From assembly GCF_009914755.1 (NCBI RefSeq), contig NC_060937.1: a DNA stretch of 64,000 bases. The stretch is one strand, 5' to 3'. The notes beneath the pieces are model-generated. The model searched no databases. It saw only the letters and a list, made by a program, of their open reading frames with translations, and had not been told where the DNA came from. The DNA comes from the human T2T-CHM13v2.0 reference genome, Homo sapiens. Below, piece by piece: positions 16,215-28,577 of the stretch (its first letter is position 1; each line of letters starts with the position of its first letter). A program made the translations under genes and the position numbers.

Positions 16215-17330
16215 TAAATATGAAATTAGATCAATAAAGCTTTTAGAAGATAACATAGTGGGATATTATAAGGAACTTGCCAGTGGCACTCTTTTTTCTT
16301 GAACAGAAAAAAAAAAGCACTATACAAAAAAAATGACTAGTAAATTAGACCATTTTAAAGTGAGTAGGTCTAGTCATCAAAGGGCACATTAAGACTGTGA
16401 AGAGTCAAGCCACAAGATTAAAGAAATATAGACAATATAATATTTGATATTTAATTTTTCTAAGAAAGTATTTAAAAACTTTTTCAAAATAATAAGTAAA
16501 AGAAGACAAAGAACCCAATAAAAAATGGGCAAAGGGCTTGAACAGGTGTTCATATAAGTGTCTTCCCAATGGGTCCTAAGCTTACCAAAAGATGTTCAAA
16601 GTTACCAGTCATCAAAGTGCAAATCCAAAAACAATGAGACATATAGCAGCGGCATATCTACTATTACTTTTTTTCTTTTTTAAAGTACTATAATAATCAA
16701 GCATTGAAAACATATGGAGCAACTTGAACTTTTCATGTCCTATTGGTGGAAGGGGAAGTTAGAAAAAAAATATTAGAAAAACGTTTTGCAGTATCTTCTA
16801 AATTTGGACTATGCATTTTCTATGACCCAGACCTTTTAGTCTTAAATAGAAATGCTTACATGTGTTCATCAAAGGACATTGACCAGAGTGTTGATGCTTA
16901 ATTCATTATATATCTAAACTAGAAAAAAATAGTCCATCATAGCTGAATGTATAAATAATTCCTATTATATTCATATAATGAAAATCAGCTTGATAATGGA
17001 GACAAACCATTATTTGAATCACTTAACAATTAAAAAAAGTTTTATTGATAAATTGGCAAAATAAGCTAGACACACAAGAAACTTTATGATTTATTTTATG
17101 TAACATTCAAAAGTAGGCAAATTTTACTTATCTTATGTTAGAAAACTGAATTATAGTTAACTCTGGAATGGAGTTGGCATGAAAGAAGTTTCGTAGATGT
17201 TCCATATCATTCTGTGTCTTGACCAGTGTGGTCACTACATGGGTGTACACATGTGTTTTAAAATATGCATTAAATTTTACAGCAAGGTTTGCAAACTTAC
17301 TGCATGAATGTTTGTTTCAGTAAAAGCATT
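16215..17330 (+). mobile_element. Old L1 (L1MD/ME) ORF2 end and 3' UTR
   Basis: 'cccaataaaaaatgggcaaagggcttgaacag', 'atggagcaacttgaactttt', 'ttctatgacccag' are L1 3' landmarks. Confidence 0.75.
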
Positions 17331-17879
17331 TCCTCTACTTAATACCAGCCAATATCCCTTTACATGAAAACAACAATAGAAAACTTACCAACTCATTTTT
17401 CATGAAAATGCCAAATCAAGATGATCTATTAGACATATATTCTATAATAAGAATGTAATAAAATTTTCTCCATTTTTAATGAAAATGGAGTAAGTGAACA
17501 TGAGCTTAAACTGTGGGTAAACAAATATTCTTAGAAACTAGATAAAGAGTTGGAAGAAATGTTATGTCTATAGAAGCTGAAATTAAACAGAAGGCAAATT
17601 ACAGAGATTGCTTACTGCTTTATTTGCAAATTTATTGTGCTTGTAGCACAATAAATTATTCAATTTACCCCAATTATTGACTGATTGTTGTGTTCTTAGA
17701 ACTGTTAGGTACTTTAGAAAGGCACAGTGCCTTTTAATTATCTGCAAGACTTCAATCCCAATCTGATATCTGAGTTCAGAAGGGACAGATCAGGCTACAA
17801 TTTTTAGACTACATGTACCAATTCCAGACTCAATAAAAAAGTGACTCTTTCAATATTTTTATTAACTGTGTTGAAGATA

Positions 17880-20140
17880 TCTAGAAAGACCTTGAACCCA
17901 GTCACTGACACATCTGATATGTAACAAAAGAAACAGAAATCCCAATACAGAAAAATAGAGAATGAGTCAAGGATTATTCAGGCACAGACAAATAACCATT
18001 GAAAGTATTTTTCATGCTGGGGTTTCCATTAGATCTTAGAAACTCCTATTAACAGTTAGGTTCCCAAACCTCTGAAATAATAACATGTATTTTCTTCAAT
18101 CAACTCTTCTGTGTAATGTGTGAGCAGAGGATCTTAATAGCCTATTTCATATTGGGAAAGAAGGACTAAAGAAGAAGGATCTGCCGAGATTATGGCAAAT
18201 GCCAATACTAAACCTGTCACTGGTCATTAAACCAATACATACATGAAAGGAGAAAAAAAGGGATATGAACATTTAGCAACATAATAAACAAAGAAGAATA
18301 TAGAACTCAAGGTATGAAGTACAATGCACTTTTGAAACAAAGATCAAAGGAATGTGGTATATAAATTTTAGTAAGCATCTATGTATACTTTAAAATTTTG
18401 TGTAGATTTGGATTCTAAAAGTAAGAGAGTAGTATAAAAAGAGTTTATTGATATCCATGAAAAGTTTAAAGAAATACAAATATTAGAATTTTATTAGAAA
18501 TATTAAGGTTCAGAATCAATTATGTAAAGTATCAGATGATAAATGTGGGACAACACATTTAAATTTGCTCTGATAATAGTATAATGATAAAGAACAAAAC
18601 AGATCAAAAATAATGTGTAAAGTCATACATCTTCAAGTAGACATTATGAGAAATGGCCTACATCATGTGAATCAGAAGCAGTAACAGAAGCAATAACCAC
18701 ATTTAAAATATGACAAAACTGTCTTGAAACAGTCTGTGACTTTCAAAGGTTTGGTATGGATCAGGCAATATAAGGAAGAGGTATAGTGTGGTTAACATTT
18801 TGAATTTCAAGGAGAAGTAAAGAAAAAAAGGCAGAAAAATAAAAATTCCTTCTACACAGAATGAAAAACCATGGAGGCCTCCAAATTTTTATTGATAATA
18901 TTGAACTTTGGAAGATAAAATGGTAAATCACTACGATTCTTGAAGGATTGGGTTGGTAACCAAGCATTTCTATGCAAGAAAACTAACTAATATGGGAAGA
19001 AACCAAACAAACAAAATATTAAATATGTGTCTACGGGAGTGGCTGCAGGCATATGCCCAATGCAAAAGGCAGTTTTACATTGTAAAGACATTTACATTTA
19101 ATGCAATGTAAAAGTTTTACATTTACATTACAATGTAAGAGCTGGATCACAATAAGAACTTTAGAATATGATATCATAGAATACATTTTTTCAACAAATT
19201 ATGAAATCAGTTCATGTAAAATCACATGTAGACAATTATAAAAATAGTTATGAAATAATTCAAATATATATATAACTAAAACAAAAGCTATAAAACAGTA
19301 ATAGTAATAGCAATACTAGCACAATGTTCCTTAATTGTGATATGTTGACATAATGTAGACAATTCTTAGAAAATCAGTACACAAAAATAATAAAATTGAA
19401 TTTTGTTAATCTACCTTGGTATGTGTCAGTATATACTTTATTTCCTTAACTGGGTTATTTAAGAAATATGGACATTTTTTAACTTGATTTTAAGTTAATA
19501 TATTTTTAAAATAGTATGAAACTCTATACATTTGCAACAAATACAGTAATATAAAAACATAACGTATGCTTGTGGGAAACTTAGAGAAAAACAATTGCAG
19601 CAAAAGGAACAATAACAAATGAAAAGAATAGAACAACAGAACTAAGACCAAGTAGATTATTTTGATAATACTCCACTGAGAAAACCATTACATCAGGTCA
19701 AAAATTAATATCTACGTGTAAGCTATTTACAGAAAATAAATGTAGAACAAATCTGCTTTGAAAGTTTAAGGTAATAATACGGAGAAAAAAATGTGTCCAA
19801 TAATTGCAAAGCAAAGGTATGCTTAAATAATAAATGCTAGATAATGTTAAAGTTAGAACAAAAATATTAACTTGGTCAAAGAAGATCTTGTATTTTTTTA
19901 GAGTGTGAACCATAGTGATTATGATGAAAACACAATATGGATTAAGTAGAACTCTAGCAGATAAAAAAAAATTAAAAGTTTAAAGAGAAAGCCTTAGAAA
20001 GGCATTAATAATGAGTCCAGTTTAGCACACATCTCATAAATTGATAGGTCCAGCTCTCAAATATGAACATAACATTGAGTTTCTGATAACAATCAAAGTG
20101 TACTGAGCTATACTTTTTGTTTCCACAGCATTAATAGAAG
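17880..20140 (+). mobile_element. Highly decayed LINE-like (L1M/HAL1) A-rich region
   Basis: Strong A bias on the plus strand and weak resemblance to ORF1/endonuclease segments; no unambiguous motif. Confidence 0.35.
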
Positions 20141-20161
20141 ATTTGTTTCAAAAAGATCAAG

Positions 20162-20231
20162 GTACTTGCCTCTGTAGCACATATACTAAAATTGGAAGGA
20201 TGCAGAGAAGATTAGCATGGCCCCTGCCCAA
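20162..20231 (+). pseudogene. U6 snRNA pseudogene, 3'-truncated (about nt 1-70)
   Basis: gtacttgcctctgtagcacatatactaaaattggaaggatgcagagaagattagcatggcccctgcccaa aligns without gaps to U6 nt 1-70; followed by an A-rich tract; aagatcaa repeated at 20153-20160 and 20259-20266. Confidence 0.93.
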
Positions 20232-20489
20232 AAAGCTAAAAATAAAAATTTTAAAAAGAAGATCAACTAATACAAACCAGTGGTAACCTCACAAAATTGC
20301 AGAATTATATAGCCAAATTTTTTGATTGGGATACCTACCACTATACATTAATAACAAAGATGAAAAATGATGCCAATGATATCTAGGAAATGATATGGAG
20401 GGATTCTCAGGATATACGGTTAAATCGAAAAAAGAAATGTGTAAAATAGTATCTACAGCATGCTACCTTTTGTATATATACTTGTGAAA

Positions 20490-20940
20490 GTCCTATATGG
20501 CATCTTCTTTCAATACAAGGCTATTTGTCTACCTTGAAAACTTTTCGTTTAGTGTAGCCACTTTCATCAATCATCGTACCTAGATCTAAGTAATTCGCTG
20601 TACCTTCTATATCAGCACTGTTGCTTCACCTTGCACTTTTATGTTATGAAGATGGCTCCTTCCTTAAACTTCATCAACTAACCTCTGCTAGCTTCAAACT
20701 TTTCTTCTGCAGCTCACCTCTTTCAGCTTTCATAGAATTGCAGAGAGATAAGGTGTTTCTCTGGATGAGGCTTTGGCTTAAGGAAATATTGTGGCTGGTT
20801 TGATCTATCCGGACAACTCAAACTTTTCTCTGTATCAGCAATAAGGCCATTTTATTTTCTTACAATTCTTGTGTTCACTGGAGTAGCATTTTTAATTTCC
20901 CTAAGAACTTTTCATTTGCATTCATAATTTAGCTAACTGT
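20490..20940 (-). mobile_element. Tigger1 internal (transposase) fragment
   Basis: 'gcttcaccttgcacttttatgttatgaagatggc', 'ggctttggcttaaggaaatattgtggctggtttgatc', 'gtgttcactggagtagca' match Tigger1. Confidence 0.82.
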
Positions 20941-23900
20941 ATATCCAATTGTTTAAAGACACAAACCAACATTTTCTGATCCACAAGGGTTGAATGGTTT
21001 TTGAAAAATAGAGCTTCACAGATACGAATTTCTAGATGTAAGTGGAAAATACTGATAGCTCCTGATTCAATGCTTTATTTGCATTCAATACCATGAAAAG
21101 GAAGACATTACTTATTTGGAAAGTTAGATCCAACTTATGTAGCTCCTCCCACACCTCATGTTTGGCTGTTCCTCATTGATTTCTATATCTCTTTCCCCCT
21201 TAAATACCACTGCTTTTGCCTATTTTTCCCCTTTTTAAATTTAATTTTAAACCATGTGAACACACTTCAAAAATGTCTTATCATATATATATAATTTTAA
21301 ACCATTGCATTAGTTCCTTTTGTTCTTATGCAGTTTACAATTGGTATTTATAAAAATTTAATTTTCAACCATCTACAGAATTGTGAGAAAACTGGATATC
21401 ATGACTGCTGGAAAGAGGATATTTGAGGAGGTAATTTTTACCTCCATCTGTATCAACACTAGCTTCATTTTTCATCTATAGCAAAAGTTCTACTTAATAT
21501 AATGAGACTCATTGAAAGTAAGAAAGCAAAAAAAAATTCATAAAAACACTAACACTGCAGAACTTGATACCCTCTTCTTAAAGCAAAACCTTGATTATAA
21601 TCATAGCAATGAAGCAAATCACTATCCTTTTATCTCTTTATAATTTATTCACATGTCAATGGTCTACAACTTAACATTAAAACTTTTATTTTTCTAAGAA
21701 GCAAATGTGGTCTCAAGTTAATTTCCAATCAATGCTTTTCATAGCTTTTTGGATGCAAACATGGGGAGTCATTAAATTCACAGTTCAGCTCTTGTTCTTT
21801 GCTCTTTAATTCTCACATTTTCTTTCTGTGTTAGAGGATCAAAGAAGACGCCTTCAAATAAATGTGCCACATTATAATCCTTTAGATTTAAACCACAGGT
21901 TCCCTACCCTGTAGCTAAAGCATCTACTTCTATAGTAAGCTCTGCTCATTTGGATACAACTTGAAGAAAATATCTATTAGCCTTTTTCTAAGTGCATTCA
22001 CAAATTGTTTTTAAACACTTCTATAAAACAGAGAAATAATAACTAGTCTAACATTTCTGAAAGAAAACACTTTTGATAATATAAAAATTATATATTCATG
22101 AAACAAGCAATGCTAGAGAGGTTAAACACTGCAAAAAGTCTAATTTAAGATGCAATTATGGATCACTCAGTTTGCTTTCTGGGAACCATGAGAATTTTAA
22201 ATTGAAGTGAGTATAAATTACAGCTCATTGTGTCCTATTTAATTTACTTATGTCATAACATTTTCATATCTAATGTGATATATTATTCAGTCATCTTAGT
22301 AAAATGTTGCCTTTTTGTTTGTAGTTTCATGATAATAAAATTGTCTATTTAAATTTTTTAATAAAAAAAAATGCTTTGTACTTTCTGAAAACAAATGCAA
22401 CATTAATGTATTACTAAGAAAAAATGCCACAAAATCATTACAAATGTTTAAGCCCTGTTAACGAAAGATATCTAAGATGACTGCTTCTTTCTGAAAGATC
22501 AATTTTAAAAATTAGTATTTTCACAATTAGTTTGATGATGAGCAATTGTTACACATTCTATATATGATTTTCTGTAATAATGGGCAAGGATGCCCTATCT
22601 ACATAACTTTCTATCTGGAGGTTGGAATGTTCCATCTTACAACATCTTACATCTTACAAATCTATATTTTGCAATATAGATTTAAAACAATTACCAAGTT
22701 TTAGAAAGTGACCATTTCCTCAGAATGAGACAGATCTTCACAATTTTCATCCAGGACATTACCAATAGTACTTCCAGATTTCCCAGCCACTAATCCAGCT
22801 TCTCCTCCATCTCCATTGTTTATGCTCCTATCCTAGTTAAATAATGTCTGCCTTATGGACAGAGAATTCTGCCTTATAATGCTTTTTATGGTACATGCAC
22901 AGCAAAGGTATTCATTTGGGCACAGAATGAACAAATAAAATATAATATTAAAATATTTATCTAATTTTCTAAACATTTAAAATCAGACTTCTAAATGAAA
23001 GCAGTTCATTTATTATTCATTCAGTTTACTGAATTAACCTCACTACTGAGTGAAATAAAATACTCATCTTTCTGAAATACAGTAATATCTAAAGAAAAGA
23101 AGCATATATGAGACAAATTTTTTCTGAACTCATTAATTTAAACTTGCATGTTTCATGTCTAACTGCATGTGCAGAGACTATTAAAATCTAACTCAACCAC
23201 ATTTATTACTAGTGTTAAGTATACCATAGCTTTTTCTGCAAGCTATATTTATAATATAAATGATTCATATGCCATATTTTAAATAAAACTACACAAAAAT
23301 GCTACACTTGATTTCTGTTATTAAAGCTTTATGGGAGGTATATCTTTCCTTGTGAACATGGTCATTTATCAAATGTACTCTATGTACTTATATGGATATC
23401 CTAAAATTCTCTGAATTACACTCAAATTTTTCCATAGAGCTTCAGGAAACTTAATCATTTTAAAATATGATATTTTCAAGGATGAATCTTGAAAATACTT
23501 ACAATCTATTTTGATACATGATTGCAGTGAGTGAATCAGACTAAATAAAATACTTGACAGTTCACATGAACAATGAGATTTGTTGTGGCTTATGAATATT
23601 TGAAAATGTGGCTGTTTATATGAGTTGATCAGTTATTTCTATGAAGATGATTCATCTGGCAACTTTGAACAGATGTGATTTTTGAAAGTAACAAATTTCA
23701 GGTAATGTGAATCCAGATTAATTTAGTCAATGAACCACAAAAGTGACTCATATAGCAAATATTTATCAAGTCAACAAAGGTCAGAATATGATGATTACAG
23801 TACACACCTCACTTTTAAAAAACAATATGTCTAACAACCAAATTACAACTATATTGTCAACAGTGTGTAAATAAAGCTTGATAAAAATGTGAAAAAAAGA

Positions 23901-25099
23901 ATTCAATAGGTAAGAGATATCTGAAGTTGGAAATTCTGTTATCTGAGATACCTGATATCGCTGTGCACCTGGAAATAAAAACGATGTCCATTTCACAACT
24001 TCCCTCCTTGTGATCTCAGACATACACACTGGCTTTATCCTAGAGTGTCATTTGATGGACAGCTGGGCAGTCATCCCTCAAGTGACAGTTTGTTCATTCT
24101 GCTTTTCTGTGTTTTTTGTTCTGACTTTTCAGTTTAGGTTGGTAGCTACGACTAGCAATGATATGGGCTTGAGTTGTAGAAGTGTACTGACGAGAAGTTG
24201 CTTATTGCGAATAAGTGCAGAAGGTCAACAAACCAGAAGTCCAGAAGTAATTTGAGTTTGGAAATCAAACATAACAGTGAGGCAACTGTCAGGTGATGAA
24301 CTCAACGTAGTTTGTTATGGAAGGATGAGCTGTCAGGTCTCTCATGAGTGATACCAGAAATCAGCCAAAACTATCTAGGGAGACAGAAAGAAAACTCAAG
24401 GGTCAGAGTTCCTGCACGCTAGAAGTAACCTAAGTCAAGTTCTAGTCAACTTTCTATCAGGTCACTGGGGACATCCAATGCCCTTATTAAGTCCTAGTAC
24501 AGAAAATGTCTAAGCCATTAGGAAAGAAGTCTGTTAACTAAAGTAATAGCTAGAATGGCTCTGAAATTCTGAAAAATAGATACTAAAAAGGGACTTTTAT
24601 TTTCTTTAAAAATGACCATATTCAGGTGAATCAATTTTTAAAAAGATGAAATACATTATAAATATTATAAATTTGAAATAAATAAAATTTTCTGTATCAT
24701 GACATATCCAGGTTATAGGCTGGCTCCTTTCATTTAGACACAAACTCTGGAAGACCTTCATCAGTCATTGAACTAAAATCTATGATAGGAAGCAGTCACC
24801 TTCCTTACTGATATTTTAAACATTAAAAAGTTAAATTTCAGAAAAGTGTTTTAAAATTAAACTGTTAGAAATTATATTACAATACCATTGCATACCTGCT
24901 TTTGAGAATTATTTAATTAATTTTTTTATTAATTTGAATCCAAAGAACTGTTCTCATTAAGTCCTTTGGAAATTTCATGTATTTTTACTATTTTTACAAC
25001 CTAGGGTGAAGTTTTTCTCTTTAGTTATGATTAAGCTTTTCTCGGTTTTAATGATTAAATGTGTTTTTAAAGGAAACATAAGCTATTCATCCATTCAAG

Positions 25100-25101
<2 letters not shown>

Positions 25102-25143
<42 letters not shown>
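25102..25143 (+). repeat. (CA)21 microsatellite
   Basis: Perfect 42-bp CA run. Confidence 0.97.
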
Positions 25144-25144
<1 letters not shown>

Positions 25145-25548
25145 TAAACCAAGGGAGAAAGATCAGATATTTATTGTACTTCAATTGCTTGTGGCTTTCT
25201 AGTGATAGCTAACTACCTGTCCACCAACCCAGCTCTCCCATATTTCTTATCTAATAACATTTAAAAAGCAAACGGAAATATAATAGAAACAAAAATTGAA
25301 ATCTGATCAACAAAATCTTAAATTATCATCATTATGTGTAATTAACTCCATAAATCAATTGGCATACTATCTAAAAGCTGTAATCCATTGATTTATCCCA
25401 ATTTTATATGACTAATATTGACCAAATAATTAAAAATTATTAAAAATAAAGCTCATGACTCATATGCTCTTCTTAGTTATGCTATATGACAGAACTATTA
25501 AGACAATTAACAATTAAATCCTGCCTATCACTCAGCCTTGTGTTTATA

Positions 25549-26110
25549 TTCACTTATTCATCAATTCAAGAAGTATTGTTTGAATAACTAATTTACATCA
25601 GGAGACAGAGTAGTGAAAAAAAAAACAGACAAAATCGTGGCCTTTCTAAAATGTGCATTCTACTGGAAGAAGACAGATAACAAGTGAACATTATAAAATA
25701 TTAGACATAAAATATACAGCATCCCTGGTGGTGATCACTGCTTAGACAAAGGAGAATAGGGAATGCTGAGGTGGAGACTGCAATCTGAAATAAGATTATA
25801 AAAAAAGGCTTCAGTGAGAATGAGATTTTAGAGCCTAAAGAAGGTGAGAAGATGAGCCTTGCAGTTATACTGGAGAAAAGCATTCCAGACAAAAATAACA
25901 ACTGCAAAGGCCCATTGGCAAGATCTCTGTGATTGAATTCAAGAACCAGCAAATTGGTCACGGTGGAAGAGCAAAAATAGTAAAGGCACTAAAAATAAAA
26001 GAAGGTGAAGACAGTGAGGTAGGAGGAAGGCAAATCATGTGGGGCACATTTTGGATTTCACTCTGGGTGATATGGGAAGTTATTTGTGGGTTTTGACTCT
26101 AGAGAGTCTA
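25549..26110 (-). mobile_element. L2 fragment
   Basis: 'ttcacttattcatcaattcaag', 'aacagacaaaatcgtggcc', 'agcattccagacaaaaataacaactgcaaaggcc' match L2 reverse complement. Confidence 0.75.
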
Positions 26111-26112
26111 AT

Positions 26113-26120
26113 TTCTTTTT

Positions 26121-26151
<31 letters not shown>

Positions 26152-26414
26152 GAGACAGAGTTTCGCTCGGTCACCCAGGCTGGAGTGCCGTGGGGTGAAC
26201 TTGCCTCCTGGGTTCAAGCGATTCTCCTGCCTCAGCCTCCTGAGTAGCTGGGATTACAGGTGCCTGCCACCAAGCCCAGTTAATTTTTGTATTTATAGTA
26301 GAGATGGGGTTTCACCATCTTGGCCAGCCTGGTCTTGAACTCCTGACCTCGTGATCTGCCCGCCTCAATCTCCCAAAGTGCTGGGATTACAGGCATGAGC
26401 CACCATGCGTGGCC
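26113..26414 (-). mobile_element. AluSg-like with a small internal deletion
   Basis: 'gacctcgtgatc'; the 'ggctcactgcaacctcc' segment is missing at about 26202; (TTTTG)n tail. Confidence 0.9.
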
Positions 26415-26721
26415 TCATTTAACTTATTAAAGTTAAGTGCAAGATAATATTGCCTCACACTTATAGATGGATAGAAGAATGGGGATTAGATGTTTAGATA
26501 GATATTCCTTAATACTAATATAATAATATGTATTATGAATAATATATAATTTATATATTTTATTAAAGTGTATGCATATTAAAGAAACTAATTCCATTTT
26601 AGTTTCTGAAAAAATCTTCTTAATAAAAGTGTTTTTACACCCATACAAATTCCTCTCAGACCTATGCCTCTTTAAAAAAAAGAAACATTAACACAATTTT
26701 CACAAAATATGTATAGAAAGC

Positions 26722-27271
26722 ATTTATCTCGACATAATTAAGGTTATGTATGAAAAGCCTACAGCTAAAGTCATAATCAAAGAGGAAAGGCTGAAAACTT
26801 ATTCTCTAAGATCTGGTACAAGGCAAAGATGCCTCCCCATTCAACATAGTACTGAAAGTCCTAGCCAGGGGAGTTAGATAAGGAAAAAAAAAAAGACATT
26901 CAAATTGGAAAAGAGAAGTAAAATTCTCTCTCTTTGGAGATGACATGATCATATATGTAGAGAATCCTAGGAACTCAACAGCAACAAAAAAACTGTTAGA
27001 AATAATAGTCAAATCCTGTAAACTTACATGATCAAAATCAACACATAAAATCTAGTGAAATTGATGAACACTGACAACAAACCTTTCAGAAACAAAATTC
27101 AAAAAACATTTGCAATGTTAACAACAACAAAAATACTTAGGAATAAACTTATCCAAAGAGGTGAAGGACACTTACACTGAAAACTATAAAACACTAATGG
27201 AGGAAATTAAAGGAGACACAGATAAAAGGAAAGACATGGAGTGTTCATGAATTAAAAGAGTTAATATTGTT
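26722..27271 (+). mobile_element. L1 (L1MA/PB-like) ORF2 relic, left part
   Basis: 'ctaagatctggtacaaggcaaagatgcc' (RSGTRQ.C) and 'tttggagatgacatgatc' (FGDDMI, from RT FADDMI). Confidence 0.88.
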
Positions 27272-28577
27272 GTTTTCTCACTTTAGGGAGATTCTTTAAG
27301 CAATTACCATATCAGCAGACACAGATGTTTTCCTTTCTTCATATGATGAAGATCAGGGACCCAAACGTTAGAAAAGCTAATGAGGCACCATTTGTCCCCA
27401 TTGGAATGGCTGATTTCATAGCAATTGTTGCATATGGGTTATACAAGCTGAAAAGCAGGGGGAATACTAAAATATACCTTCATTTGATCCACATGTGTGT
27501 GGCAGCTCAAGGCTTTGTTGTAGGAGCAATGACTGTTAGTATGAGCTATTCCACGTATCAGGAATTCTGGGAAAAACATAAGCCTTAGAAGAAGAGATGC
27601 CGTCTTGATCTTGTTGGAGGAGCTTGCTGTAGTTAGACAACTTATTACTGAAGTTATATGTTAATGTTGAAAATAAACTATTTGAGTGTGTTCAGATTAT
27701 AACATGGTGTTTTGAATACTGACTTCCTTTCTTGCAGGCTCATCTTGCCTGGTGACCAAATTACTAGTGACTAATTTACTAGCTAGGTCATTCAGGGGAA
27801 TCAAGTTAACACAAAAGAAACACATCACCTAAATGCAATTGATGGTGCTGAAGTGTCCATCTTCTTAAACCGTTAAGATGCAATTCATTCTAAAAAAGAT
27901 AGCAAACCAACCCTGAACCCCAGTTTGCTGAAGAATCTTGTTTTGGATGTTATATAAGAGTCCTATTTGCCTCAGTTAATTTACCTTTTTTTCAGCCTGT
28001 GTTGTGGACTGGCTGGCTCTTTTAGAACTCTGTCAAAAAAGTGCATGGAATATAACTTGTAAAGCCTCCCGCAGTTACAAGTATATATATGTGTGTGTGT
28101 GTTTGAAGCAAATCTAGAAAGTTTACAAGAGAGCTGCACAGTAGCAGTATTTATTGAAGAATCACAATTGCAAACATAAGAATAATTTAATTATGGATTC
28201 TATTTGAGTTATTTTGTAATTGCAGAATTATATATTTGCTGCTGTTAGAATAATTTTTAAATGTCATCTTGAAATAGAAATAAGTATTTTAAGTGCTCAT
28301 GCAAAGGTAAATGAAGAACACTTTTTAAATGTATGCATTGTTTATATTCTCCATAAGAATGTTTAATGTTTAGTTGTAAACACTAAACGAATTACCCATA
28401 ATGGAATTGCTTAATGATTTATGAGCAAGCTGATTTGATCACACATTATATGCTAACTTTGATATAATATAGAACGCTTTATTACACTTGTGAAAATCTC
28501 TTGTCTAACCTGAATTTACATTCATGATGATAACATCATATATGTATTGTTATTAAAGTTAGTGACCATAAAAAAAT
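27272..28577 (+). pseudogene. HIGD1A (pseudogene): Processed pseudogene of HIGD1A (HIG1 hypoxia-inducible domain 1A)
   Basis: Intronless; encodes RKANEAPFVPIGMADFIAIVAYGLYKLKSRGNTKIYLHLIHMCVAAQGFVVGAMTV..EFWEKHKP*; start ATG changed to ATA (27309-27311), 2-nt deletion near 27366; about 1 kb 3' UTR, attaaa 28552-28557, A remnant 28570-28576; TSD aaaa(g/t)agttaatattgtt 27254-27271 / 28573-28590. Confidence 0.95.

Noticed and set aside
20162-20231. Functional U6 gene
   Set aside because: Lacks the 3' third and the T-run terminator, the ACAGAGA box is mutated, and it is flanked by a TSD.
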